From Deinococcaceae bacterium (GTDB lineage Bacteria; Deinococcota; Deinococci; Deinococcales; Trueperaceae): DNA of 25,952 nucleotides. The position numbers and the translations under genes are program-made. The stretch is taken from the NCBI GenBank assembly GCA_040256005.1, contig JBDZWC010000033.1, forward strand, positions 1 through 25,952, given 5' to 3'. This document shows positions 7,380 through 16,770 of the stretch, piece after piece (within the stretch, counting starts at the first letter, position 1; each line of letters starts with the position of its first letter). A model generated the notes under the pieces. It was not told the DNA's origin and ran no database searches. It worked only from the letters and a program-made list of their open reading frames with translations.

Positions 7380-8744
7380 GTGGCCCTGCCGCCCACCACA
7401 GACACGATCGCCGCCATAGCGACGGCCCCCGGTACCGGCGCCGTCGGTGTCGTCCGGGTGTCCGGCCCGGAGGCCCACGCCGTGGCCGACGTGGTGTTCA
7501 GCCCCGCCAGCGGGGTCAAGCCCAGCAGCCTCGGTCCCGGTCGCGTCGCCTTCGGCCGCGTGACGGCAGGGAGTGAGGTGATCGACGAGGCCCTGCTGCT
7601 GTCGTTCAGGGCGCCGAGCTCGTACACCGGACAGGACGCCGTCGAGCTGCAGACCCATGGCGGCCCGGCCGTGCTCAGGCGGGTACTCGAGGTCTGCCTC
7701 GAGGCGGGCGCCCGCTCCGCCGGGCCCGGTGAGTTCACGCTGCGCGCCTTCCTCAACGGCAAGCTCGACCTGGCGCAGGCCGAGTCGGTGCTGGACCTCG
7801 TCAACGCCTCCAGTGAGGCGGCGCGCCGGAACGCCGCGGGCGGGCTGACCGGGGAGCTCAGCCGGCTGATCGGCGAGGTCCAGACGGCGGTCACGACCGC
7901 CTACGCCGAGGTGCAGGCCGGCTTCGACTACCCGGACGAGGGCGTGCCCGAGGCGCGGTTGCGGGAGCCGCTCGAGCGGGCGCTGCGGGGCATAGACGGC
8001 CTTCTGGCGACCGCAGAAGCCGGGCGACTGAGCCGCGAAGGCGCCCGGCTGGCGCTGCTCGGTCGACCGAACGCGGGCAAGTCGAGCCTGCTGAACGCGC
8101 TGCTCGGGTACCAACGCTCGCTGGTCAGCGACGTGCCGGGCACCACTCGGGACTACCTCGAGGCCCCGCTCGTGCTCGCCGGCGTGCCGCTCACGCTCGT
8201 CGACACGGCCGGTATCCGCGCCACGACCGACTCGCTCGAGGCCTCGGGGGTGGACCTGACCCACAGGATCGCTGCGGCGTCGGACCTGCGCGTACTGCTC
8301 CTCGACAGCTCTCGCCCCCTCGATCCCGAGGACCTGGCGCTCCTCAGCGCCTTCGATAGCGCGGAGAACGGCGCGGGGACCGTCGTCGTGGCCAGCAAGT
8401 CCGACCTGCCTCCGGCCTGGGAGCCGTCCGACCTGGGCGACGGCCACGTCGTGACGAAGGTCTCGTCGGTCACCGGCACGGGCCTCGGCGCACTGAGGAG
8501 GGTACTCACCGACCGTCTGGTGGGGGCTGCGGCCGGCTCCGAGCTCTGGGTGGGCAACGAGCGTCACGTGCAGGCGCTGCGGCGCGCCCGTCAGAGCGTC
8601 TCGGCGGCGCTGGACGCGGGCGACGAGCTGGCGGCGCTGGACCTACAGGACGCGCTGGGTCACCTGGCCGCCATCACCGGGCGGGACGGCGTTGCCGAGG
8701 AGACCCTGGCGAGCATCTTCGCGCGTTTCTGCGTCGGCAAGTGA
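7380..8744 (+). CDS. mnmE: tRNA modification GTPase MnmE (TrmE)
   Basis: [37 protein letters not shown]1 GRPNAGKS, G2 GTTRD, G3 DTAG, G4 SKSD, C-terminal FCVGK. Confidence 0.97.
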   Translation: MALPPTTDTIAAIATAPGTGAVGVVRVSGPEAHAVADVVFSPASGVKPSSLGPGRVAFGRVTAGSEVIDEALLLSFRAPSSYTGQDAVELQTHGGPAVLRRVLEVCLEAGARSAGPGEFTLRAFLNGKLDLAQAESVLDLVNASSEAARRNAAGGLTGELSRLIGEVQTAVTTAYAEVQAGFDYPDEGVPEARLREPLERALRGIDGLLATAEAGRLSREGARLALLGRPNAGKSSLLNALLGYQRSLVSDVPGTTRDYLEAPLVLAGVPLTLVDTAGIRATTDSLEASGVDLTHRIAAASDLRVLLLDSSRPLDPEDLALLSAFDSAENGAGTVVVASKSDLPPAWEPSDLGDGHVVTKVSSVTGTGLGALRRVLTDRLVGAAAGSELWVGNERHVQALRRARQSVSAALDAGDELAALDLQDALGHLAAITGRDGVAEETLASIFARFCVGK

Positions 8745-8794
8745 GGCCGGGAGGACTCGGTTCCACGCCCCCGGCTACCCCGGTTCTGCGACTC

Positions 8795-9313
8795 TCAGGC
8801 GACGACGGCTCGCACGCCGGCGGCTCTCGCGACGGCGGCCGGCAGCTTCTCTGCCACCTGACCCAGCACGGTCCTGGCCGTGAACTCGATCATCTTGGTC
8901 AGAGCCCTCTCCCCCCAGCGCTCGGCCTTGGGCAGGCGCAGCCGCACCGTGATCTCGAAGTCGTAATCGATCCTCGACCCGGCCGCCACCGTGCCAGTCA
9001 GGGGGCTCACCCGCGCCTCACCGGACACCAGCGCCCAGCCGGGCCCGTCCGGGGCGATGTCCAGCGCGCGCAGCCTGGCTCCCCGAGCCGTGGGTTCGAG
9101 GACGCTCCTGAACGGCAGCTCCCGCTGCCCGAACATCGCCGCCGAGACCGGGATGGCCGCGGTCACGATCGTGGGGTCACCGGTGATCACCTGCAGGTCG
9201 GCCAGGAAGTCGGCGTGCGACAGCGTGCGCGGCACGTCCTGCGCGAACAGCGTGGCCTCCGACGGTGGCATGGCCACCTCGAGCGCGAACCGCACCGAGT
9301 GGGCGAGGTCCAT
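8795..9313 (-). CDS. DUF3809-like protein (SRPBCC/START-like fold, Deinococcus-Thermus)
   Basis: FGQRELPFRSVL and LPKAERWGERALTKM motifs; ATG 9313 lies 2 nt after the DUF3248 stop. Confidence 0.65.
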   Translation of the reverse strand: MDLAHSVRFALEVAMPPSEATLFAQDVPRTLSHADFLADLQVITGDPTIVTAAIPVSAAMFGQRELPFRSVLEPTARGARLRALDIAPDGPGWALVSGEARVSPLTGTVAAGSRIDYDFEITVRLRLPKAERWGERALTKMIEFTARTVLGQVAEKLPAAVARAAGVRAVVA

Positions 9314-9315
9314 GT

Positions 9316-9543
9316 CTAGCGCTCGCCGACCCGGGGACGGGGCCCGACCCACTCGACCCGCACCTGCGAGTCGCGCATGGCCGCTTCGACCTCGGCGTCC
9401 GTGGCGCTCCTCAGGCGTGGCAGCTCGTTGAAGAGCGGCGCGCTCGAGGCGAGGCCCACGCGTACGGTGACGGGACCTTCCTCCGAGGCGCGTCCGATAC
9501 GCCAGAGCAGGTTCGCGGCGAGCTCGTCGAGCTGGTCGGCCAT
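9316..9543 (-). CDS. DUF3248 family small protein
   Basis: 75 aa; LLWRIGRASEE..VRVGLAS..F.ELPRLR..VRVEWV; TAGGCT 8 nt upstream of ATG. Confidence 0.8.
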   Translation of the reverse strand: MADQLDELAANLLWRIGRASEEGPVTVRVGLASSAPLFNELPRLRSATDAEVEAAMRDSQVRVEWVGPRPRVGER

Positions 9544-9591
9544 ACGGGACAAGCCTACAGCAGACCCGGTCGCCCGGGCTTTTCTCATACT

Positions 9592-9618
9592 TCTAACTGT
9601 GGCCTGAGTAGGCCCTAA
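9592..9618. promoter_or_regulatory. Triple direct repeat TCTAA-N6-CCTGA-N6-CCTAA upstream of htrA
   Basis: Half-sites start at 9592, 9603 and 9614 (11-bp period) in the divergent DUF3248/htrA intergenic region. Confidence 0.45.
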
Positions 9619-9669
9619 CGGCGGGGGGCGACACTCGTGGACGTGCCTTACGAAAGGAAGTGGTCCGTC

Positions 9670-10950
9670 GTGAATCGCGCTCGCGCGACCGTTCTCATGT
9701 TGACAGCAGTACTCATCGCAGGTGCCGCCGCGACTTTCTGGCCTCGCAACCAGGTCGTGGCCCAGGGGGCGCAGCAGGAAGCCGCCGCGCGCTTGCAGGA
9801 CGAACAGAACACGATCGACGTCATCGAGGCCATCGGCCCCAGCGTCGTGGCGATAAACGTCGAGATCCGTGGCAACGTCGTCAACCCGTTCCAGGACCTG
9901 CCGTTCCTGCCGGAGCCCTTCCGCGACCTGATCCCGCGCCAGGGGGTGCCGCGGGTCCAGCAGAGCAGCGGGTCGGGCTTCGTCATCGACGAGGAAGGCC
10001 GGATCGTCACGAACTACCACGTGATCAGGGCGGCGCTGCAGTCTGACTCCATCGAGCCACGAGACGGGGCGACGATCACCGTCGAGTTCCCCGACAGCGA
10101 GGACCCCATCCGTGCCCACGTGCTCGGCGCCAACCCCGACTACGACGTGGCGCTGCTCGAGCTGGAGGACCCGGGCGCCGTGCCCGACAACGTCAGGCCC
10201 ATCGAGCTCGCCGACTCCACGCAGGTTCGTGTCGGGCAGAAGGTGATCGCGATCGGGAACCCGTTCGGCCTGCAGTCCACCGTCACCCAGGGCATCGTCT
10301 CGGCGATAGGCCGGGAGCTCACCTCCATCGGGCAGGTGGACATCCCCATGATCCAGACCGACGCGGCCATCAACCCAGGCAACTCGGGCGGGCCGCTCCT
10401 CGACTCCTCCGGCCGCCTCATCGGCATCAACACGATGATCGTGCCCGGCATGACGACGGCCGGCTCGGCCGGGAACATCGGTATCGGGTTCGCGGTGCCA
10501 AGCTCGCTGCTCACCGAGACCCTCCCGGACCTCGAGGCCGGCGGCCTGGTGGGCTTCTACGCGGCCACGGCAGACATCGAGAACCGCCCGCGCATCGGCT
10601 TCAGCGGACGCTCCGTCAGCGACTACCCTGAAGAGGCGCGCCAGGCGCTCGGCATGCCGGACGACGGCGTCGTGGTGTTCCAGGTCGACCCGGGCGGTCC
10701 CGCCGAGCAGGCGGGCCTCATGGGCTCCACCTACATGGCGGTCATCGGCAACCAGCAGTACCCGGCAGGCGGGGACATCATCGTCGCGGCGGACGGCGAG
10801 CCCGTCGAGACGATCCAGGACCTCCAGGCCCTGGTGCTCGAGCACGAGGCCGGCGACGTCATCACCCTCACCGTCGTCAGGGGCAGCGAGGAGGTCGAGC
10901 TCGAGGTCACGCTGGCGGTCGTAGCGCCGGCCGAGAACCAGGCACAGTAG
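9670..10950 (+). CDS. htrA: HtrA/DegP-family serine protease with one PDZ domain
   Basis: RBS AAAGGAAG then GTG 9670; N-terminal signal/TM; GSGFVI, TNYHV (His), DVALL (Asp), IQTDAAINPGNSGGPL (Ser); PDZ GGPAEQAGL..GDII. Confidence 0.93.
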   Translation: MNRARATVLMLTAVLIAGAAATFWPRNQVVAQGAQQEAAARLQDEQNTIDVIEAIGPSVVAINVEIRGNVVNPFQDLPFLPEPFRDLIPRQGVPRVQQSSGSGFVIDEEGRIVTNYHVIRAALQSDSIEPRDGATITVEFPDSEDPIRAHVLGANPDYDVALLELEDPGAVPDNVRPIELADSTQVRVGQKVIAIGNPFGLQSTVTQGIVSAIGRELTSIGQVDIPMIQTDAAINPGNSGGPLLDSSGRLIGINTMIVPGMTTAGSAGNIGIGFAVPSSLLTETLPDLEAGGLVGFYAATADIENRPRIGFSGRSVSDYPEEARQALGMPDDGVVVFQVDPGGPAEQAGLMGSTYMAVIGNQQYPAGGDIIVAADGEPVETIQDLQALVLEHEAGDVITLTVVRGSEEVELEVTLAVVAPAENQAQ

Positions 10951-10961
10951 TGGGTTCCCGC

Positions 10962-10994
10962 GCTCGGACGGCCGCGACCGGCGGCCGTCCGAGC
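10962..10994. terminator. Perfect 14-bp inverted repeat after htrA (terminator or stabilising hairpin)
   Basis: GCTCGGACGGCCGC-gaccg-GCGGCCGTCCGAGC, 11 nt after the stop; no U-tract. Confidence 0.6.
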
Positions 10995-11014
10995 CCGTGC
11001 TAGAGTCCGCCGCG

Positions 11015-12073
11015 ATGGAGCGTCCAGGAGGAGATATCCGCGTCGGGCTCGTCCTCTCCGGCGGCGGCGCTCGCGCCTTCGCTCACATCGGTGTGCTGCG
11101 CGTGCTCGCCAAGGCCGGCGCCCGGTTCGACGTCGTCGCCGGCACCTCGATGGGCGCCATCGTGGGCGCCCTCTACGCCGCCGGGACCACCCCAGACGAG
11201 ATCTACGAGCTGGCCAAGAACCTGGGTTGGCGGGACATCGTCGACATCTCGCTCCAGGCTGGCCTCATCAAGGGCGACAAGCTCGAGGCGTTCCTGGCCG
11301 AGCTTCTGCCCGCCGACTTCGCGGACCTCGAGCTGCCGCTGGCCGTCACCACCACCGACGTCGAGACCGGCGAGGCGGTCGTGATACACGAGGGCGACCT
11401 CGTCAAGGCGGTCAGGGCGTCCTCTAGCTTCCCCGGCGCCATCGAGCCGACGCTGCTGGGTGGGCGGGTGCTCGCCGACGGCGGCATCGTCAACAACCTC
11501 CCCGTGTCGGCGGCAGCGCTGCTGGGGGCCAACCGGATCGTCGCTTCCGACGTGACGCCGGCCAGGCACTCGGTCTACAGGACCCCGGACGAGGAAGGCA
11601 ACTGGTTCGAGCGCATGGTCGCCACGGTCAAGCTCGAACGGCGCAACCCCATGGCCCAGATGCTGCTGCGCAGCACCGACATCATGCAGTCCATCCTCGT
11701 GGACATCCAGGCGAGCCTCCACCCGCCGGACCTACGCATCCGCATGTCGATGCCCCAGTACAGGGTGGAGTCGTTCAAGGACCTCGACGACATCGTCGCG
11801 ATCGGCGAGGCGACGGCCGAGGCGGCGCTGGCCGCCCGCGGGGGATGGGACAAGGTCGTCGAGCTCGGAGCCCGGGTGGAACAGCTCCTCGAGTGTCCGC
11901 CGGAACTGCTCGAGGAGGGTCCCGAAGCAGCGTCGGTCCCGCCGCGGGCCGATGCCCGGGCGGAGACGGCGGGCGATGGCGTCACGGCCCAACCGGCACG
12001 CCGGACGACCAGGGCCGCGAAGGCCCCTCCGCGGCCGGCGTTGACGGCACTGAGGCGCGTGCGGCGCGGTTGA
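11015..12073 (+). CDS. Patatin-like phospholipase (RssA/NTE family)
   Basis: LSGGGARA, GTSMG nucleophile, DGG; TGcTAGAGT 8 nt upstream of ATG 11015; low-complexity C-terminal tail. Confidence 0.92.
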   Translation: MERPGGDIRVGLVLSGGGARAFAHIGVLRVLAKAGARFDVVAGTSMGAIVGALYAAGTTPDEIYELAKNLGWRDIVDISLQAGLIKGDKLEAFLAELLPADFADLELPLAVTTTDVETGEAVVIHEGDLVKAVRASSSFPGAIEPTLLGGRVLADGGIVNNLPVSAAALLGANRIVASDVTPARHSVYRTPDEEGNWFERMVATVKLERRNPMAQMLLRSTDIMQSILVDIQASLHPPDLRIRMSMPQYRVESFKDLDDIVAIGEATAEAALAARGGWDKVVELGARVEQLLECPPELLEEGPEAASVPPRADARAETAGDGVTAQPARRTTRAAKAPPRPALTALRRVRRG

Positions 12074-12594
12074 TAAGCGATCCCGCGGCCGTGGTAGGTC
12101 GCGCGCGTGTCGCACGCTGGCTCTGGCCGCTGGCCGGGGTGGCGGCGGGGGCCCTCATCTGGTGGCAGGTCGTGGCCGTACTGCGCGTCGACGGCGACAG
12201 CATGGCACCCACCTTCCCGTCGGGCTCGGTGGTCATCGTGCTCAGGCCGGGCCTCGATCGGTGGCTGGGGCTCAGGCCCGAGTACCGTGCCGGTGACCTG
12301 GTCGTAGCGGACGTGCCAGGCGGGCTGTCGTTGAAACGCGTGGCGGCCGTCGGACCGGCGGTCCTCAGCCTCGAGGCGGGCCTGCTAAGGGTGGACGGCG
12401 CGGTCGTGCCGGCGCCGTACGCGGACAGGGCGGGCATCGCCACACTGGGACCGACCGTCGTGGCCGCCGGCGAGCTCTACCTGTTGGGGGACGACAGACG
12501 ACCGCTCGCCTCGCGGGATTCACGCGACTTCGGGCCGGTAGACGTCGGAGACGTGCGCGGCCGGGTGGTCGCCGGGTTCAGAGCGGGGGGCTGA
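12070..12594 (+). CDS. lepB: Signal peptidase I (S26 family)
   Basis: Single N-terminal TM; GDSMAPT (Ser), SLKRV (Lys), LGDDRRPLASRDSRDFG; TTG 12070 overlaps the patatin stop; exact start uncertain. Confidence 0.82.
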   Translation: MISDPAAVVGRARVARWLWPLAGVAAGALIWWQVVAVLRVDGDSMAPTFPSGSVVIVLRPGLDRWLGLRPEYRAGDLVVADVPGGLSLKRVAAVGPAVLSLEAGLLRVDGAVVPAPYADRAGIATLGPTVVAAGELYLLGDDRRPLASRDSRDFGPVDVGDVRGRVVAGFRAGG

Positions 12595-12597
12595 CGC

Positions 12598-13188
12598 TCA
12601 GTCGCCGGCGAGACGCCCGTCAAGGCCAAGCTCGGCGGAACGGGCTTGCATGGCCTCCAGGACGAAGCCCACGTGGTCCCACAGGTCCAGGCCCAGCTCC
12701 TCGGCGCCCTGCCTGACGTCGTCGCGGTTGACCCCGCGAGCGAACGCCTTGTCCTTGAACTTCTTCTTGATGCTCTTGAGCTCCAGGTTCGCGATGTCCT
12801 TGTCAGGGCGCACCAGGACCGCCGCCGTGATCAGGCCCGTGATCTCGTCGCACGCGAAGAGCACCTTGGACAGCAGCGACTCTCTGGCCACGCCCGTGAA
12901 GTCGGCGTGCCCCAGGATCGCGTCGGTGATCAGCTGTGGGTAGCCGAGCTCCTCGAGGTAGGCGACTCCCACGTACGGGTGCCCTCCCTTTCCGTCCTCG
13001 GAGAGCGGGTGGCGCTCGTAGTCGAAGTCGTGGAGCAGGGCCGCCACGGCCCAGGTCTCCTCGTCCTCGCCGTGGCGCTTGGCGTAGGCGACGACCGCCG
13101 CCTCGACGGCGAGCATGTGCTTGCGCAGGCTGTCGCTCTGCGTCCACTCCTCCATCAGTCTCAGGGCGTTCTCCCGTGTGGGGCGCAT
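12598..13188 (-). CDS. HD-domain (HDIG-type) metal-dependent phosphohydrolase
   Basis: LRKHMLAVE, LLHDFDYE, AILGHA, LFACDEITG, KKKFKDKAFARGVNR; TAGGTT 6 nt upstream of ATG. Confidence 0.88.
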   Translation of the reverse strand: MRPTRENALRLMEEWTQSDSLRKHMLAVEAAVVAYAKRHGEDEETWAVAALLHDFDYERHPLSEDGKGGHPYVGVAYLEELGYPQLITDAILGHADFTGVARESLLSKVLFACDEITGLITAAVLVRPDKDIANLELKSIKKKFKDKAFARGVNRDDVRQGAEELGLDLWDHVGFVLEAMQARSAELGLDGRLAGD

Positions 13189-13197
13189 GGCGTGAAC

Positions 13198-15756
13198 CTA
13201 ACCCATCTGCCGGGCGCTCGCCCAGGTGATGGCGTGGGCGTCCGGTGCGTGATGCAGCGAGTCGTTCACCGGGTACGCCCTCACGCCGTACGCCAGTCGA
13301 CCGGAGAGCTCGGGAGCGAACCGCGCCCGGTAGACCAGGTGGCCGTCTTCTTCCCTCTCGAGCTGCAGGGGGAGTACGCGCAAGCGCTGCTCGAGGGCGT
13401 CCGCGGCGCGGCTATAGACGACCTCGACCGCCAGCTCGTCGGCCTTCCAACCCGGAGCCCTCACCCGCGCCACGAGCTCGACCCTGTCGCCGGACGCCTC
13501 GACCTCCGGCGACGCGAGCCGCGCCTCGACCCTCACCTCGCCCCACCGCGTCCTGACGCGCTCGCGCCACTCCGCTAGGCGCCTGGCGGCGTCGCCCGCG
13601 CGCAGCGCCTGCTCCCGGCGGCTGGCGGGCAGGTAGAACCGGGTCACGTACTCCCTGACCATGCGGCCGGCGTTGAAACGCGGGGTCACCGCCGCTATCG
13701 AGGCGGAACTGCGCCTGAGCCACTCGACCGGTACGTCCGCATCGTCTCGGCGGTAGTAGAGCGGCACGACCTCACGCTCCAGGAGGGCGTAGAGCGAGTC
13801 GGCGTCCGAAGCGTCCCCGCGCTGGTCGTCCTGGTAGGTGCGCCCGCCACCGATGGCCCAGCCGTTGTCGCCCTCGTAGCCCTCCTGCCACCAGCCGTCG
13901 AGGACGGAGAGGTTGAGGACGCCGTTCATCGCGGCCTTCTGCCCGCTCGTGCCGGAGGCCTCCAGCGGCCGTCGCGGGTTGTTGAGCCAGACGTCGACGC
14001 CGCGCGTCAGTGCCCGGCCGACCGCCATGTCGTAGTCCTCGACGAACAGCACCCGCCCCGCGAAGCGTTCGTCGTGGGACAGCCTGTGGATGCTGGCGAT
14101 GAGCTCCTGACCCTGGCCGTCGGCGGGATGGGCCTTGCCGGCGAAGACGAGCTGCACGGGCCTGTCGGGGTCCGCCAGGATGGCGTGCAGCCGGTCCAGG
14201 TCGCGGAAGATGAGCGTCGCGCGCTTGTAGGCGGCGAAGCGCCGGGCGAACCCGATGGTCAGCGCGTCGGGGTCGAAGAGCGACTCCGAGACGGCGAGCG
14301 CGCTGGGGCTGGCCTCCTGGCGTCTGAGCTGCCGGGCCAGCCGCCGTCTCAGGAAACGTAGGCTCTGGCGTTTGAGCGACCGCCTGACCTCCCACAGGCG
14401 CGTGGGATCCAGGTCGCGGACCGGCTCCCACGCCGCGGCGTCGAGGGCATCGTCGATCCAGTCGCGGCCCAGCACCTCGCCTATCAGCTCCTGTACGCCG
14501 GGCGCCATCCAGGTGCGCAGGTGCACGCCGTTCGTGACGTGGGTTATGGGCACCTCGTCAACCGGGACGCCGGGCCACAGGGCGGACCAGATGCGGCGAC
14601 TCGTCTCCCCGTGCAGGCGCGCGACGCCGTTGCGCTCGGTGGAGAAGCGCAGCGCCAGGGCGGTCATGCTGAAGACGTCGCCCCAGCCGTGGTCGGCTCT
14701 GGCCAGGTCCTCGAACTCCGTGGCCGAGAGCCCCAGCTCCTCCCAGTAACCGTCGAAGCAGTGCCGCGCGAGATCGAACCCGAACGCGTCGTTGCCGGCC
14801 GCCACCGGCGTGTGAACCGTGAACACCGTGTTGGCAGCCACCAGCTCCCGGGCCTCGGCGAAGCTCCTGCCCTGGGCGACGTACTCGCGGCAGCGCTCCA
14901 GCGCCATGAAGGCGCTGTGCCCCTCGTTCATGTGCCAGCTCGTGGGCCTCACGCCGAGGGCGCGCAGCATCCTGACGCCTGCGATGCCGAGGACGACCTC
15001 CTGTGCGATGCGGGTCCTCTGGTCGCCGCCGTACAACCGGCACAGTATCCGCCTGTCCTCGGGGGCGTTGCCCTCGATGTCCGTGTCGAGCAGGACGGCC
15101 TCGACCAGGCCGATACGGCAGCGCCAAGCCTGGACCAGGACCTCGCTACCGAACACGTTCACGCTCACGCTCACGCGCTCGCCGTCCGCTCCCTCGACCG
15201 GGGTGATGGGCGACTCCTCGGGCGGCACGCGCACGTAGACGGCCTCCTGGCTGCCGTCGTCGGCGACGCGCTGGTGGAAGTAGCCCTCGGGGTAGTAGAG
15301 GCCGACGGCCACCAGCGGAACGCCCTGGTCCGAGGCGGCCTTGGTGTGGTCGCCCGCCAGGACGCCCAGGCCTCCGGAGTACAGGGCGATGGACTCGTGC
15401 CAGCCGTACTCGGCGCAGAAGTACGCGAAGCTGGGCTCCGACTTCAGGTCGCTCAGGTCCTGGCGCGAGAACCACGTGTCGCGCTCGCGATACGCGTCCC
15501 ACTCGGCCATCAGGCGGTCGTACGACGCCAGGTAGCCAGGGTCGCGAGCCGCCTCCTCGAGGCGGGCTTGGTCCACCTCGCGCAGCACCACCACAGGGTC
15601 GTGGTTCGAACGCTCCCAGGCTTCCCGGTGCAGCTCGCGGAACAGCCGTCTGGCCTCGGGCTTCCAGGTCCAGTAGAGGTCGTAGCTCAGCTCGGCCAGT
15701 CGGCCGATGCGGGAGGGCAGGTTGGGGCGCACCGTCAAGTGGCCTAGGACCTTCAT
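13198..15756 (-). CDS. glgP: Alpha-glucan (glycogen/maltodextrin) phosphorylase
   Basis: [44 protein letters not shown]-lysine motif [15 protein letters not shown] 8 nt upstream of ATG. Confidence 0.96.
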   Translation of the reverse strand: MKVLGHLTVRPNLPSRIGRLAELSYDLYWTWKPEARRLFRELHREAWERSNHDPVVVLREVDQARLEEAARDPGYLASYDRLMAEWDAYRERDTWFSRQDLSDLKSEPSFAYFCAEYGWHESIALYSGGLGVLAGDHTKAASDQGVPLVAVGLYYPEGYFHQRVADDGSQEAVYVRVPPEESPITPVEGADGERVSVSVNVFGSEVLVQAWRCRIGLVEAVLLDTDIEGNAPEDRRILCRLYGGDQRTRIAQEVVLGIAGVRMLRALGVRPTSWHMNEGHSAFMALERCREYVAQGRSFAEARELVAANTVFTVHTPVAAGNDAFGFDLARHCFDGYWEELGLSATEFEDLARADHGWGDVFSMTALALRFSTERNGVARLHGETSRRIWSALWPGVPVDEVPITHVTNGVHLRTWMAPGVQELIGEVLGRDWIDDALDAAAWEPVRDLDPTRLWEVRRSLKRQSLRFLRRRLARQLRRQEASPSALAVSESLFDPDALTIGFARRFAAYKRATLIFRDLDRLHAILADPDRPVQLVFAGKAHPADGQGQELIASIHRLSHDERFAGRVLFVEDYDMAVGRALTRGVDVWLNNPRRPLEASGTSGQKAAMNGVLNLSVLDGWWQEGYEGDNGWAIGGGRTYQDDQRGDASDADSLYALLEREVVPLYYRRDDADVPVEWLRRSSASIAAVTPRFNAGRMVREYVTRFYLPASRREQALRAGDAARRLAEWRERVRTRWGEVRVEARLASPEVEASGDRVELVARVRAPGWKADELAVEVVYSRAADALEQRLRVLPLQLEREEDGHLVYRARFAPELSGRLAYGVRAYPVNDSLHHAPDAHAITWASARQMG

Positions 15757-15764
15757 GGCGCGGC

Positions 15765-15787
15765 ATTCTATACCTTCGCGGTAACCT
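15765..15787. promoter_or_regulatory. Back-to-back divergent -10 boxes (TAGAAT on -, TAACCT on +) in a 38-bp gap
   Basis: TAGAAT 15770-15765, 8 nt from the glgP ATG; TAACCT 15782-15787, 7 nt from ATG 15795. Confidence 0.6.
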
Positions 15788-15794
15788 CCCGAGG

Positions 15795-16766
15795 ATGAAT
15801 CGGCGCGTATTGACCGCGATCTTCGTGCTAGTGGCGGCCCTGCCCGGCCGTCAGGCTGCCCTGGCGCAGACGGCCGGCGCCACGGTGGGCACCTGCCTCG
15901 CAGAGCCTCCCACGACGGCGTGCCCGCCGTTCTCGGTGGCGGTCGAACTGCGCGACGTCAAGGTGGGCGGTACCACGGTGGGCCTCTCCCTCGGCTTCGA
16001 CCACCTGGAGCTGACGGCCTGGAGCGCCGAGACGTTCGGGCCTCTCGGCAACGTCATATTCGAGCTCGAGGGTGAGCTCAGGTCCGGTCCTGTCGCGCGC
16101 GCTCGTCTGTCTGCGCGCGGTGTGATCGCCAGCGTGGCCGCTCGCGCAGCGCTCGTCGCGGCCGGAGCCGACCCGGAGCGGTTCGACCCGTTGGCTGTGG
16201 CCGCCGACGGACGTCCGTTGCTGGGCGGGCCGGTGCTGGGTCTCGAGCTCGGCGGCACCTTCCGACTGGATAGACAGGTAGTTCTGGACGTGGCGCCGGC
16301 GGCGTACCTGGCCCCGGCCGGCGCCGCCCTGGATCTGGACGCGACGTTGCGCCTGCTCAGGGCACTAGGTCCCAACGAGCTGCAGCTCCACCTGCAGGGC
16401 GCCCTCTTGCCCGGTGCGCTCGGCGACCACGCCGCGCTGGGCGCGTCGGTCGTGCTGCCCCGTGGACGCGAGCCCGACTGGACCTTCGGCTTGTGGGCCG
16501 GCCTGGGAAAGACGGGCGTTCTCCCTGGGGCGACCCTCGCCATGGCCGAGGACCTCCTGCCCGGCGTGCGGGTGGGCGCCGAGGCCGCCTACCAGCCGTA
16601 CAGGAGCGACGTACGGCCTCTACGCGCGGCCCTGAGCCTGACGGCCGGCCTGGGCGGCCCAGACCTCGAGCTGCGGCTGGCCGGGGGAGCCCTGCACGGG
16701 GAAGCCCCGGGCGCCCTGGCCGCGCGGCTGGGGCTCACGTGGACCTTGCCTGACTGGTTCAGATGA
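15795..16766 (+). CDS. Exported hypothetical protein, possible outer-membrane beta-barrel
   Basis: Signal peptide ending ALA|Q; many alternating hydrophobic/Gly strands; ends ARLGLTWTLPDWFR. Confidence 0.65.
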   Translation: MNRRVLTAIFVLVAALPGRQAALAQTAGATVGTCLAEPPTTACPPFSVAVELRDVKVGGTTVGLSLGFDHLELTAWSAETFGPLGNVIFELEGELRSGPVARARLSARGVIASVAARAALVAAGADPERFDPLAVAADGRPLLGGPVLGLELGGTFRLDRQVVLDVAPAAYLAPAGAALDLDATLRLLRALGPNELQLHLQGALLPGALGDHAALGASVVLPRGREPDWTFGLWAGLGKTGVLPGATLAMAEDLLPGVRVGAEAAYQPYRSDVRPLRAALSLTAGLGGPDLELRLAGGALHGEAPGALAARLGLTWTLPDWFR

Positions 16767-16770
16767 GGGT

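Noticed and set aside
8390..8410. MnmE G4 motif SKSD instead of NKxD
   Set aside because: A single substitution with all other motifs intact; not enough to claim altered function
5596..8567. Apparent 588-aa TruA and 724-aa PAP2 fusion-length ORFs
   Set aside because: The extensions overlap PAP2 in another frame or mnmE antisense; real starts are supported at 6396 (coupled TTGA) and 7289 (-10 box)
9316..10845. 509-aa minus-strand ORF
   Set aside because: Mostly antisense to htrA; only the last 75 codons (DUF3248) look like a real gene
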